Source: Candidatus Latescibacterota bacterium (lineage in GTDB: Bacteria > Latescibacterota > UBA2968 > UBA8231). Taken from it: 64,000 nt of DNA. Below the pieces are notes generated by a model that worked only from the letters and a program-made list of their open reading frames with translations, searched no databases and was not told where the DNA came from. The stretch is from positions 288,001 through 352,000 of the forward strand of contig CBDETK010000013.1 in assembly GCA_965242865.1 (NCBI GenBank), read 5' to 3'. Positions 44,391-54,052 of this stretch are shown one piece after another. Position numbers and translations under genes: made by a program. Positions within the stretch are counted from its first letter, which is position 1. Every line of letters begins with the position of its first letter.

Positions 44391-46743
44391 GACGCCAAAA
44401 CTCGGCCAGCGACTGGGCGATATGGGCTGGGGTGCGGACAGCATGCACGGGGTGCCAAGCCGGGGGAAAGAGCTGGCGATAGCGGCTCTGACCAAAGCGG
44501 CGATCGACGAGGAGGATCGCGCCGCGGTCGCTCGCGGTGCGGATGACGCGACCGGCCGCCTGCAACACGCGGTTCATGCCCGGATAAACGTAGGCATAAG
44601 CAAAGCCAGAAATCTCGCGCTCGTCGAAATAGTCGCGGATCAGGTCGCGTTCCAAGCACAGTTGCGGCAGCCCAACGCCGACGACCACCGCCCCGACCAG
44701 CCGCTCGCCGACTAAGTCAATTCCCTCGCCAAAGACGCCGCCCATCACCGCGAACCCCACCGTGTACTGCGCGGGCTGCAATAGGTCCGCGTCAAAGGCG
44801 GCGAGGAACGCCTCGCGCTGGCGGTCGGACATGCCGCTTTTTTGCACGAGGAGGTCGATGTTCGGGTGCGCCTCGGCAAAGCGCGTCGCCACTTCCTCCA
44901 TGTACTTGTACGAAGGGAAAAAGGCGAGATAGTTGCCGGCGCGCTGGCTGACGAGCGCGGCGATGGACTCGGCGATAGCGTCGTAGCTCTCCCCGCGCTT
45001 TTTATACGTCGTCTCAATGCGGTCGGCCAGCAGCAGGCGCAGGTGTTCGGGCGGGAAGGGCGAACCCAAGCTCAACAAGGTATCCCCCTCCTCGCCGCCG
45101 AGCAGGTCGCGGAAGTACGCCAGCGGCGAGAGCGTGGCCGAGAAGAACACGGCCGCGCAGCCGCGTTCTAGGGCTTGGCGGATGTTGTGCGCGGGGTCGA
45201 GACAGAAGAGCCGGAAGCGAATGTCCTGCCCCTGTTTTTCGGTGTACGTGGTGTAATGCTCGTCGAACAACTCGCCGATGCGTTCAAAGCCGAGTGCCCG
45301 GAAGTAGCACTCAACCAACTCGTCCCAAAAGGGCAGGGCCGCGCCTTGCTCTAGGACCTTTTCGGCCGCGCGGAGGACCTTGTGGACTAGCGCCAGCAGG
45401 GCCGTCGGCAATTGCGGACTAACCCAGTTCTCGCCGCCTTCCTGCTCGACCGTCTTGCCGAGCTGGGCAAAGTAGCGGTTGAGGGCATTGAGCGTCTTGC
45501 CCAAGTCGGGATGCGTCTTGCCGACTAAGCGCTTGAGGCCAGCGATCTCGGACTGGCACAAATCGGCCGAGAACATTTCGCGCGCCCGATCGACGAGGTT
45601 GTGCGCCTCGTCAATCAAGAAGGCGTATTGCCCGCCGGCGTCTTGGAAGAAGCGCTTGAGGAAGGCTCGCGGGTCGAAGACGTAGTTGTAATCGCAGATG
45701 ATGACGTCGCACCACGGCGCGAGGTCGAGCGAAAACTCAAAGGGGCAGACGCGGTGCTTTTGCGCGCATTCCTCAATGAGCGTGCGGGTAAAGGCGTCGT
45801 GGGTAAAGATGTCTTCAAGCGCGTCGTTGATGCGGTCGTAGTAGCCGCGGGCGAACTCGCATTGCTCGGGGTCGCAGGTGCTGCCGCCGTTGGGTTTGAA
45901 GCAAATTTTGTCGCGGGCCGTCAGCGTCAGGCTCTTGAGGTGTGCGTCTCCCCCGCGCAGGTCGTCAATGGCTTTTTCAGCAACCCGGCGGCCGCTGGTC
46001 TTGGCCGTCAGGTAGAAGATCTTTTCGGCATGGCCCAAGCCGAGGGCCTTGGCCGCTGGAAACAGGGTCGAAATGGTCTTGCCGATGCCGGTGGGTGCTT
46101 GGGCAAAGGCCCGCCCGCGACCGTCAATGGTGCGATAGGTGGCTGCGGCTAGATCGCGCTGGCCGGGTCGGTACTCGGCGAAGGGAAATTTGAGGGCCGC
46201 AAGCGAACGATCGCGCTCGGCACACCACTGGTGGTAGCGCCGCGCCCAATGCAGGTAGCGCTCGATGAGCTCGGCGCAAAACGCCGCGAGCTCGGCGCAC
46301 GCAAAGGTGCGGCGGTCCTCGCGGCGCTCATCGGTATCCAACTGGAGGTACGTTAGCTGGACGTCGATGGCGTCGAGGCCGCTTTGCTCGGCCACCATAA
46401 AGGCGTAGAGTTTGGCCTGGGCCCAATGCGCCAAGTTTTCGGCGATCGCGTCGAGGTCGGCCTCGGTGGTTTTAATTTCCTCGACGAGCACGACGTCGCC
46501 TTCGACGAGCAGGCCATCGATGCGGCCGCTTATTTCGAGGGCAATTTCCTCGGTCTCAACTAGATAGGAGATGGGCACTTCCGCCTGATAGTCGGCGGGG
46601 CGGGCGCGCTGAATTTTCTGGTGGCCGCGGGTGCCTTCCACTAAGCGGTCGGGGCGGGAAAAGCCGCCGGAGACTAGATCGCCGGAGCGCAGCACGAAGC
46701 CGACCAGTTCGCGCACCGAGGTTTTGAGCAGGCGCGGGGGCAT
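44377..46743 (-). CDS. ATP-dependent DNA helicase, Rad3/XPD/DinG family, with N-terminal PD-(D/E)XK nuclease-like domain
   Basis: GRIDG..EEIKT nuclease motif; APTGIGKT, Fe-S cysteines, IDEAHNL, FFPSY, EGIDL, QAAGRVIR. Confidence 0.9.
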   Translation of the reverse strand: MPPRLLKTSVRELVGFVLRSGDLVSGGFSRPDRLVEGTRGHQKIQRARPADYQAEVPISYLVETEEIALEISGRIDGLLVEGDVVLVEEIKTTEADLDAIAENLAHWAQAKLYAFMVAEQSGLDAIDVQLTYLQLDTDERREDRRTFACAELAAFCAELIERYLHWARRYHQWCAERDRSLAALKFPFAEYRPGQRDLAAATYRTIDGRGRAFAQAPTGIGKTISTLFPAAKALGLGHAEKIFYLTAKTSGRRVAEKAIDDLRGGDAHLKSLTLTARDKICFKPNGGSTCDPEQCEFARGYYDRINDALEDIFTHDAFTRTLIEECAQKHRVCPFEFSLDLAPWCDVIICDYNYVFDPRAFLKRFFQDAGGQYAFLIDEAHNLVDRAREMFSADLCQSEIAGLKRLVGKTHPDLGKTLNALNRYFAQLGKTVEQEGGENWVSPQLPTALLALVHKVLRAAEKVLEQGAALPFWDELVECYFRALGFERIGELFDEHYTTYTEKQGQDIRFRLFCLDPAHNIRQALERGCAAVFFSATLSPLAYFRDLLGGEEGDTLLSLGSPFPPEHLRLLLADRIETTYKKRGESYDAIAESIAALVSQRAGNYLAFFPSYKYMEEVATRFAEAHPNIDLLVQKSGMSDRQREAFLAAFDADLLQPAQYTVGFAVMGGVFGEGIDLVGERLVGAVVVGVGLPQLCLERDLIRDYFDEREISGFAYAYVYPGMNRVLQAAGRVIRTASDRGAILLVDRRFGQSRYRQLFPPAWHPVHAVRTPAHIAQSLAEFWRHAHP

Positions 46744-46796
46744 GATGTATAATATAGGGTGCTATCCGGCACTTGCATTTTCAACAGGAGACGACA

Positions 46797-47669
46797 ATGA
46801 GTCAATCCGCAGTCTTGGGCGTCATCGGCGGGTCGGGGCTGTACCACCTAGAAGGGATCGAAACCGTGGCCGAGCACCGGCTAGACACGCCCTTTGGCCC
46901 CCCCTCGGACGCCATCGTCGAGGCGCGAATCAACGACCGGCCGGTGCATTTTCTGCCGCGCCATGGCCGGGGGCATCGGCTGCTGCCAACCGAAGTGCCC
47001 GCGTGCGCCAATATCCACGCGCTCAAGCAACTAGGGGTGAATCGCGTTTTGGCCATAAGTGCCTGCGGCATCATGCAGGAGCACATCCGGCCCGGGGACC
47101 TGATCGTGCCCGACCAGCTATTCGACCGCACCCGCGGACGCCGCCCATCGACGTTTTTTGGCGACGGGATCGTCGGACACGTGCTGTTTGCCGACCCGTT
47201 CTGTGCAGGCCTGCGGGGCGAGGTCGTCGCGGCGGCTCAGGCGGCCGGAGCCAATGTCCACGAGGGCGGCACGTACCTCTGCATGGAGGGGCCGGCCTTT
47301 TCCACCCGCGCGGAGTCGCATTTCTACCGCAACGCCGTGGGCGCGGCCGTGATCGGCATGACCGCGCTGCCCGAGGCCAAGCTAGCGCGCGAGGCAGAAA
47401 TGTGTTACGCGCTGCTGGCGACGGGCACGGACTACGACTGCTGGCACGCGGAGGAAGAAGACGTGACCGTCGAGCAAGTGCTCGCGGTGCTGCGGGCCAA
47501 CAGCACCTTGGCCAAGCAAATTGTCGCCGAGGTCGCCACGCGCCTGCCGCCCGAAGCCGCTTGCCCTTGCTGGCGCGCGGCCGAAAGCGCCATCGTCACC
47601 GATCCAGCGGCGATTCCTCCCGCGGCAAAGGAGCGGCTCTGGGTGTTCTACGGGAAGTACTGGGACTAA
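46797..47669 (+). CDS. mtnP: S-methyl-5'-thioadenosine phosphorylase
   Basis: GVIGGSGLY, TPFG, FLPRHG, EGPAFSTRAES, IGMT..PEAKLAREAE, TDYDCW. Confidence 0.93.
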   Translation: MSQSAVLGVIGGSGLYHLEGIETVAEHRLDTPFGPPSDAIVEARINDRPVHFLPRHGRGHRLLPTEVPACANIHALKQLGVNRVLAISACGIMQEHIRPGDLIVPDQLFDRTRGRRPSTFFGDGIVGHVLFADPFCAGLRGEVVAAAQAAGANVHEGGTYLCMEGPAFSTRAESHFYRNAVGAAVIGMTALPEAKLAREAEMCYALLATGTDYDCWHAEEEDVTVEQVLAVLRANSTLAKQIVAEVATRLPPEAACPCWRAAESAIVTDPAAIPPAAKERLWVFYGKYWD

Positions 47670-47831
47670 GCGGGCGAACCGCATGACCGCGGAGATTTGC
47701 CGATGGCGAAATGTTTTAGATTGCCATAGCTTTTGCGGGAAATTGTCCATGTCCACTATCTATTGTTCCACTGCCGCGGCGTCACCAAGTAACTGCGGCG
47801 GCTGGACGAGACCTAACCATAGGAGGTCGTT

Positions 47832-48284
47832 ATGGCACTAGCCTACGCCTTGGGGTTTTTTCTGCTAGATTTTTTTCTGCTTTTTCTCTTTCTTTTTTTA
47901 GGCCCGTATCTTGGGTGGAAAATAGAGATACCAGACTATTTCCCCCTGTTTCCCGTCTTATTTTTCGCCCTAGCTTCCGCCCTGTATTTCGGCTGGAGCG
48001 AAGAAAAGAAGCGCGAACGGCTGGAACAGCTAGCCGAGCGACTGCGCCGGCTCTACAAGCGCACCGGTCAGCCGGCTCTGCGGGTGCGCCGTCCTAGGCG
48101 ACTCCACTTTGAGACGAATCAGGCTCTTCGAGAGTTGGAAAAGAGCCTCAAAGCCTTGGAGCGTCACTACCAAATCCGAGACCGTCGGCTGCGCCAGTCC
48201 CGGATGTTCATCGACAACCCCAAGCCCGTCCTCGACGACATGAATCAACGCATCTCGCGGCTGGAAGAGGTTGCCATCAAGTAG
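47832..48284 (+). CDS. Hypothetical membrane protein (two TM helices, coiled C-terminus)
   Basis: AGGAGG RBS; two hydrophobic segments followed by a charged helical tail. Confidence 0.55.
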   Translation: MALAYALGFFLLDFFLLFLFLFLGPYLGWKIEIPDYFPLFPVLFFALASALYFGWSEEKKRERLEQLAERLRRLYKRTGQPALRVRRPRRLHFETNQALRELEKSLKALERHYQIRDRRLRQSRMFIDNPKPVLDDMNQRISRLEEVAIK

Positions 48285-48343
48285 AGGAGCCGGGCTCGCT
48301 CCGTTGTCGGTCAAAGGGTCGCCGGTATGCGAAAAGTGTATAT

Positions 48344-48378
48344 GTTGTCGTCAAATTGTTGTGAAAAATGACGACAGC
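48344..48378. promoter_or_regulatory. Inverted repeat (operator-like) upstream of the AAA/DUF4143 remnant
   Basis: GTTGTCGTCA-N15-TGACGACAGC (9/10 match). Confidence 0.35.
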
Positions 48379-48386
48379 CTAGTCAA

Positions 48387-49014
48387 ATGACGATTCCACC
48401 CGGGATTCGCTCGCTTTCTGCCCGTTGCAGCCCTCTTTCACGGTCAGACCCTGAACGTGATTAACATCGCCCGAGACGCTCAGGTTGCCCGCACGACGGT
48501 GACGGGTTATCTGGACATCCTAGAGGACACGCTCCTCTGCTTTCGACTTCCTGCCTATGAGACCCGGTTGCGCGTCCGCGAACGCAAATTGCCCAAATGG
48601 TATTGGTGTGACCCTGGTATTGTACGAGCCATGAAAAAGGTCACGACGACGCCAACTCCAGAAGAGCGCGGTGCCCTGTTTGAGGGGCTGATTGCACAGT
48701 TGATTCGGTCGTACAAAGACTATCGCAACTTGTGCGACGAATGCTTTTATTGGGCCACCGTTGCCCAGACCCAAACCGAGGTCGATTTCCTGCTCAAACG
48801 CGCCGGAGAGTTTGTCGCCATTGAGGTCAAGTCCGGCGGCACATTTGCCGAATCTTGGTGCAAAGGACTGAGAGTGCTGGCCGACTTAGAGGGTCTGTGC
48901 CGACGCATTGTCGTCTATCCCGAAGGGCCTGAATTGCAAACGGTAGATGGCATTGAGATCCTTCCATTTTCGCAATTTTCCAACCTGTTGGCCGCCGATG
49001 CACTGTGGCCATAA
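48387..49014 (+). pseudogene. AAA+ ATPase-DUF4143 protein, N-terminal ATPase domain deleted
   Basis: ATG 48387 (MTIP) is out of frame with FARFLPVAALFHGQTLN...KWYWCDPG...GALFEG...EVDFLL...AIEVKS; no Walker motifs remain. Confidence 0.7.
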
Positions 49015-49132
49015 GTGCCTTCGCGAAGTAGGAACCAGTGTCTGCAACGGGCGGCTGTTGCACGTGGTAAAGGAGCGTTGAAGAGGTCTGCGCTAGCGGA
49101 CTAAGAGCCAAGACGATAAGGCGAGCTTCTCT

Positions 49133-49678
49133 ATGATCACGGAAATCAACCAAGCATCCCTTGCGCTGGTGCGAGGGGATATTACAAGAGAACGCGTCGA
49201 TGCGATTGCCAATGCTGCTAACGAGCGGCTCATCGGCGGTGGGGGCGTTGATGGCGCCATTCACCGTGCTGGAGGACCGGCCATCGCGGCCGAATGCAGC
49301 GCAATCCGCGCCAAGCAGGGCGGTTGTCCCCCCGGTCGAGCCGTAATTACGACGGGGGGCAATCTTGCCGCGAAGTACGTCATCCACACCGTGGGGCCGA
49401 TCTGGAGGGGTGGAACCGCCGGTGAACCCGAACTTCTCGCTAGCTGTTATCGAGAAAGTTTAGGACTCGCACTGGAGCACCGCGTCAAGACGATTGCCTT
49501 CCCGTCCATCAGCACTGGCGTGTACGGTTATCCGGTCGCGCAAGCGGCGGTCATCGCGCTCAATGCGGTAAAGCAATTCCTCGTAGAGCACAAAGGTCTC
49601 GCTGAAGTGCGCTTCGTCCTCTTCGACGATGCGACGTACGGTGCTTATGAGAATGCCCTTGCGGACATGCGAGTATAA
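49133..49678 (+). CDS. Macro-domain O-acetyl-ADP-ribose deacetylase (YmdB-like)
   Basis: GDIT, ANAAN, GGGGVDGAIHRAGG, VIHTVGP, AFPSISTGVYGYP. Confidence 0.93.
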   Translation: MITEINQASLALVRGDITRERVDAIANAANERLIGGGGVDGAIHRAGGPAIAAECSAIRAKQGGCPPGRAVITTGGNLAAKYVIHTVGPIWRGGTAGEPELLASCYRESLGLALEHRVKTIAFPSISTGVYGYPVAQAAVIALNAVKQFLVEHKGLAEVRFVLFDDATYGAYENALADMRV

Positions 49679-49762
49679 CGCATGTATGACTGACCGCCTC
49701 GGGAGGGTGTTTTGAAGGTAAAGGAGAGCTGCTCGTCGCCGATGCCAAAGATTCTCTCGGGC

Positions 49763-50653
49763 TTACTGAGTGCGAGAAGTGCAGATGTGGCAGTTGCAAC
49801 TGGAATCAGTGAAGTGACGGACTCCCACCACCGCACCGTCCTTGCGGTCAGCTCGATCAAACACCAATTGGAACAAGTCGTCCTCTTGATTCTCTAAGTA
49901 GCGACGAATCGCATACGAACATACGTCAGCGAGTTGCACCATACTCGTGAGTTGGCTATCGACAAACAGAGGAGTCTCGATGATGTTCTCTACGGCAGTC
50001 CAGCGCGTCCCCCTATGATGGAATCCACGCATAAGATCAGTATGGCGTTTGGCCACCGTCTGGTTATTGTCGTGTATCAACAATCCATAGTTCTTTTGAC
50101 TTGTTCCTGTGACTTGTAAGTACTGTTCAAACCGTGAGACGACCTGATCGAAAGCCATTTCTCCAATATTGTATGGAGTATGCTTCCGTGGATCGAAATG
50201 AACCTTGTCAACACCTTCGGCGAACAGTCGCGCAAAGCCCCACTGGGATAGCGTCTTAGCCGCCTCGGAGATGAACATTCTTCGCTCATCCTCGGTTAGG
50301 TGTATGTATGGCGCAGTTTTGCTGTAGTTCTTTTTTGCCTGACGATACTGCGTCTTCGATGTTCGCTGTAGGCGCAGTAGTTCCGCATTGCGAAACTTTT
50401 CAACCTCGGCTCGCCGGTCGTCGTGCCTCAGTCTCGCGAAGTCTTTTATCTTGGTTTGCTCCAGATACCGGCGGAGCATCCACGCACAGTGAATCTCTTC
50501 ATCATCGAGGAAGTGCTTCCGTTTCAGTTCCGCTATTTCCCTGTCGCATGTCTTCCAGTGCCAGACAGGAATCGACAGACCGACTAGAATGAAGTGAGAG
50601 GTGTTTCCCGGAAGGTCTGGTGTGCCGGACTCATCCATGTAGCACAGATACAT
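49763..50653 (-). CDS. DUF3800 domain protein
   Basis: N-terminal YLCYMDESG, C-terminal FVDS...MVQLADVCSYAIRR (QxAD). Confidence 0.85.
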   Translation of the reverse strand: MYLCYMDESGTPDLPGNTSHFILVGLSIPVWHWKTCDREIAELKRKHFLDDEEIHCAWMLRRYLEQTKIKDFARLRHDDRRAEVEKFRNAELLRLQRTSKTQYRQAKKNYSKTAPYIHLTEDERRMFISEAAKTLSQWGFARLFAEGVDKVHFDPRKHTPYNIGEMAFDQVVSRFEQYLQVTGTSQKNYGLLIHDNNQTVAKRHTDLMRGFHHRGTRWTAVENIIETPLFVDSQLTSMVQLADVCSYAIRRYLENQEDDLFQLVFDRADRKDGAVVGVRHFTDSSCNCHICTSRTQ

Positions 50654-50691
50654 ATCATTCGTTTATAAGCAATTAGGCCCACACAGTACAT

Positions 50692-50759
50692 AAAAAAGCG
50701 TCTAGGATTCAGGCTTAAAGCCCAAAGACGAGACGCTTGGCGACTCATCCCAGACGCTT
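50692..50759 (-). ncRNA. Putative structured ncRNA / leader upstream of the DUF3800 gene, ending in a U-tract
   Basis: 13-bp outer stem AAGCGUCUGGGAU/AUCCUAGACGCUU enclosing two small hairpins, followed by U-run. Confidence 0.6.
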
Positions 50760-50763
50760 ATAC

Positions 50764-50792
50764 AAATTACCCTTATTATTAGGAAAAGTCAA
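50764..50792 (-). promoter_or_regulatory. Sigma70-type promoter for the ncRNA/DUF3800 unit
   Basis: TTGACT (50792-50787), 17-nt spacer, TAATTT (50769-50764), a few nt upstream of the stem. Confidence 0.6.
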
Positions 50793-50881
50793 CGACAATC
50801 CCGCGTGCAATACGATGCCGAGCAGCATGGCCGCGGTGCGCAGGGCGTCGAGGTTATAGCGACGAGGATATGAGCCTCTAT

Positions 50882-52141
50882 TCACTCAGCCTCCTCCACC
50901 CTCCTCAACGTCCCCCCATCCCGCACGGCCTCGTAAATCTGGGCGAACTCGCGGCTGCCATCGTCTTCGACGGGGAGGCATTCGGAGCCGCTTTCGCAGA
51001 TGGGCATGGCGTCGCGAGGGTATTCGCTGTGGAGGGCCTGCTTGGAGCAGCCATAATAGGTGACTTCGCCGTTGGCGCGGGCGTAGCGATAGACGTGACG
51101 AGGCGGATCGACCCAACTGTAATCCACCCGATATTGCTCTATGGCCTGCTGGTCAATTTCGACGCCGAGGCCGGGCCGGGCCGGGACTTGGTAGTAGCCG
51201 CCGCGCAGTTGGATGGGAGCGGCCAACAGTTGGTGTTCCCAGATGTTCATGCAGGTAATGGCCGGCCACTTGCCCTGGGGACAGACCGCGCCCAAGTGGG
51301 CGGCCCACGTGGTGGTGATGCCCGTGCCGACGAGCTGGAGCCAGAAGGGTTTGTTGGCTGCGTCTGCGACCGCAGATTGCTGCACAATGCCGTAGGCCCC
51401 AGCGCAGACGACAAAGCCATCGGCGACGTCCTCTCGCAGGGCAGTGAGAATGGGCGGCGAGCCGTAGTGCATGGCCAGCGGGCGGCGGATGTGGCGGCGA
51501 ATTTGGACATTGCCGGCCACATCGCCTTGGGGGATCGGCGTCTCAATCATGGCCACCTGCGGGTATTGCTCCAAGGTCGCCAAAAACTCGACCGCGCTGG
51601 CGGCGTTGGCGAGCGTTCCGTTGAAGTCTAAGTCGAGCTTGAACTGCGGGGGAACGGCCGCGATGATGGCTTGGATACAGGCGTGTAGGTCGAACCAAGT
51701 CCGCGCCTTGAGCTTGGCGGTGGTATAGCCCTGGGCGACGGCGTCCGCGCATTGACGCGCCCAGTCGGCGGGCGGCATGTCTATCGCCCACCACGACAGC
51801 GGGCACCACGTGCGGACCTTGGTCCCCAGCAGGCGATAGGCCGGGGAGCCCAAGGCTTTGCCCACCGCGTCGAACAACGCCTGTTGGACCCCAGCACCCA
51901 GCGCATCCTCCCACAACAAGTCGCCCGCGGCGCGGCCGACAATGCGGTCTTCAATGTCCGCGGGGACTTTGGCCCACGTGTAATTGGGAATGGTCTCGCC
52001 CCAGCCTATGGTGCCGTCGGCGAGGGTGATTTTGCAGAGTTGGACAATGCGCCAATGCGGCAGCCAGTACTGCATCTGCTGATTGGTGTGGTCGGTAAAC
52101 GGAACGTCCAAGTGGATGAGTTCGACGGATTGGACTTGCAT
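50882..52141 (-). CDS. Enolase-superfamily (mandelate racemase/muconate lactonizing) protein
   Basis: GWGET, ALFDAVGKALG, KLKAR, LDLDFN, MIETP, PGLGVEID. Confidence 0.82.
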   Translation of the reverse strand: MQVQSVELIHLDVPFTDHTNQQMQYWLPHWRIVQLCKITLADGTIGWGETIPNYTWAKVPADIEDRIVGRAAGDLLWEDALGAGVQQALFDAVGKALGSPAYRLLGTKVRTWCPLSWWAIDMPPADWARQCADAVAQGYTTAKLKARTWFDLHACIQAIIAAVPPQFKLDLDFNGTLANAASAVEFLATLEQYPQVAMIETPIPQGDVAGNVQIRRHIRRPLAMHYGSPPILTALREDVADGFVVCAGAYGIVQQSAVADAANKPFWLQLVGTGITTTWAAHLGAVCPQGKWPAITCMNIWEHQLLAAPIQLRGGYYQVPARPGLGVEIDQQAIEQYRVDYSWVDPPRHVYRYARANGEVTYYGCSKQALHSEYPRDAMPICESGSECLPVEDDGSREFAQIYEAVRDGGTLRRVEEAE

Positions 52142-52172
52142 GGGAAACTCCTTTGGGAGATTGTTTCTGAAA

Positions 52173-52790
52173 TTACAGGATATTCAAAAGGTCCTTCAAA
52201 GGGCCGAATGCGTCGGTATCAAATGCCCATAGACCGCTTTCCGCGGCTTCGCCTAGGCGGAGATTGGGGCGTTCTCTCGATGCGAGAAATGCGTGTACCC
52301 GCGCTTTTGGCATCCACACTTTTCTCGGCCCCTTTATATCTGCTTGGCTGATGCATTCGAAATACCGATTTACACATTCCATTGCAGGATCGGTTTTTAC
52401 GGACTCAAGGCAGACATCCTCAATCATCGTGCCCGCTATATTATGCGGAATGATCAGGTAAGCGACCTTCAAAGAATCATTTGAAACTGGTTCAAGAGAT
52501 CTGGAAGGAACTGGTAGCCCAGCATTCGATAGAGCACTGCGGATTTGTTGTTCGCGACCGCTCCTATTTGAGTTCGCATCTGCCACGATTGCAAGAGAGC
52601 GGACAAGTCCAAAGTTGGATGAACTGCTGAAAGCCTTGAGAAATCGCCTCAGATTTTTATTCCCACCGTAATGTTGTAATTCCAAGTCTCGAGTATTCAA
52701 ATGCCTAGATAACGATTTAAACACCCGGATCTCGTCGTTGCCCTCGACAATGACCTGTCTTGGTTGTGTAATCTTCCAAGCAGCGAGCAC
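52173..52790 (-). CDS. DUF3226-like (TOPRIM-type) protein
   Basis: VIVEGNDE, GGNKNL, IVADAN, GTMIEDVCL, KARVHAFLAS. Confidence 0.72.
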   Translation of the reverse strand: MLAAWKITQPRQVIVEGNDEIRVFKSLSRHLNTRDLELQHYGGNKNLRRFLKAFSSSSNFGLVRSLAIVADANSNRSGREQQIRSALSNAGLPVPSRSLEPVSNDSLKVAYLIIPHNIAGTMIEDVCLESVKTDPAMECVNRYFECISQADIKGPRKVWMPKARVHAFLASRERPNLRLGEAAESGLWAFDTDAFGPLKDLLNIL

Positions 52791-53900
52791 TTACCTTATC
52801 TCCATGTTGAAATCAATGGCTGTTTCAAGCATTTCATCGTCGAAGCGCACCGCATTGACCTCTCTTTTGACACGATCAAGGCGGTAAAACGCCAACTCTT
52901 GCTGTCCATGGTTTCTAAACGCACGGTGCGCCGCCCTTATACACTCACCACTGTGCGTCGTGGCGAATATCTGCACATCAAATGCTTTGGCAAGAGCTAG
53001 CAGGGTGGAAAACACTTCTTCTTGAACGCTGTGATGCAGTCCGTTTTCAATCTCGTCAATTAGGAGCAGGCCACCTCGTACCTCGCCGATAGACAACGCG
53101 AGTCCGAGCATTCGATTCAAACCTTCGCCAAGTAATTGAACAGGTATTGGCCCATCCATATTGTCTATATAGGCATGAATGACGGGTATATTGTTGATCG
53201 GAATAAGCGTTAATCTCCGCAGACGGGGTTCCAGTGGACGAATAAATTGCAGAATCTTTTCATCCACTCCTGCTAACTGGAATCTGCCAAATTTCGATGC
53301 AATGGCTTGCAGATCTTCTCTTTGAACTGATGCCATGAATACCGAATTGGCCCTATTGTGGACTGCTTGGCGTTCTTGCCGGATACTCAAACCTGGCAAT
53401 GCCGCACCGCGACCAACCGGCATTTGCTCTGCAACCCACCAAGCCCTGGATGTATATTCGTTTTTATTCTCATGCTGATACTTAAACACAATCTCAAACT
53501 CACCTTCGGTTTGAGGGCGTGTCAGTCGTTCTGTACTCGTCCTTTCGAGAGCATCGGAACGGATCATATCAACTTGCTGGTGCTCCTGTAGATAGATATC
53601 TAACGTACGCGGAAGACTACCCCAATCTCCATAGGCACTTACTCTGATGTACCTACCAATATCAAAGTCGCGAAAAATATCGTAGAAGGTTCTCTCGGGG
53701 CCGAGCATGGGAATTCCCCTCAATGTCCTTACTCTGGCAACCAACTCGGGAAGGTCCGCGCCGCTAAACAGCCACAGTGCTTCGAGCAAAGCTGTCTTAC
53801 CCGCTCCGTTTTTCCCACAGATCAGCGTCAGCCGGCCAAGATGTTCTAGCGCGACTGACTTGAGATTGCGGAAATTTGTTACAGTAAGACTCGTCAGCAT
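52791..53900 (-). CDS. ABC-type AAA ATPase (AAA_15/AAA_21 family)
   Basis: NFRNL, GKNGAGKTALLEAL, signature-like LGEGLNR, LLIDEIENGLH, FATTHS, C-terminal EIR. Confidence 0.88.
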   Translation of the reverse strand: MLTSLTVTNFRNLKSVALEHLGRLTLICGKNGAGKTALLEALWLFSGADLPELVARVRTLRGIPMLGPERTFYDIFRDFDIGRYIRVSAYGDWGSLPRTLDIYLQEHQQVDMIRSDALERTSTERLTRPQTEGEFEIVFKYQHENKNEYTSRAWWVAEQMPVGRGAALPGLSIRQERQAVHNRANSVFMASVQREDLQAIASKFGRFQLAGVDEKILQFIRPLEPRLRRLTLIPINNIPVIHAYIDNMDGPIPVQLLGEGLNRMLGLALSIGEVRGGLLLIDEIENGLHHSVQEEVFSTLLALAKAFDVQIFATTHSGECIRAAHRAFRNHGQQELAFYRLDRVKREVNAVRFDDEMLETAIDFNMEIR

Positions 53901-54052
53901 GGGATCTTTCCTCGTTTTCTCCGATAAAACTTAGTAGATAGACTAAGAGAAGGGCTGTGTCAAGCTGTTTACGCGATGGTGAGCACTACTGGGCGAGGGG
54001 CATCGCTCGGGCGAGCTCCTATGCACAACGGCAGTGCATTATATTTTTCGGC

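Noticed and set aside
44377-46743. Cas4/CasDinG (type IV CRISPR) interpretation of the nuclease-helicase
   Set aside because: No array or cas operon; it matches the stand-alone Rad3-like helicase with an N-terminal nuclease domain
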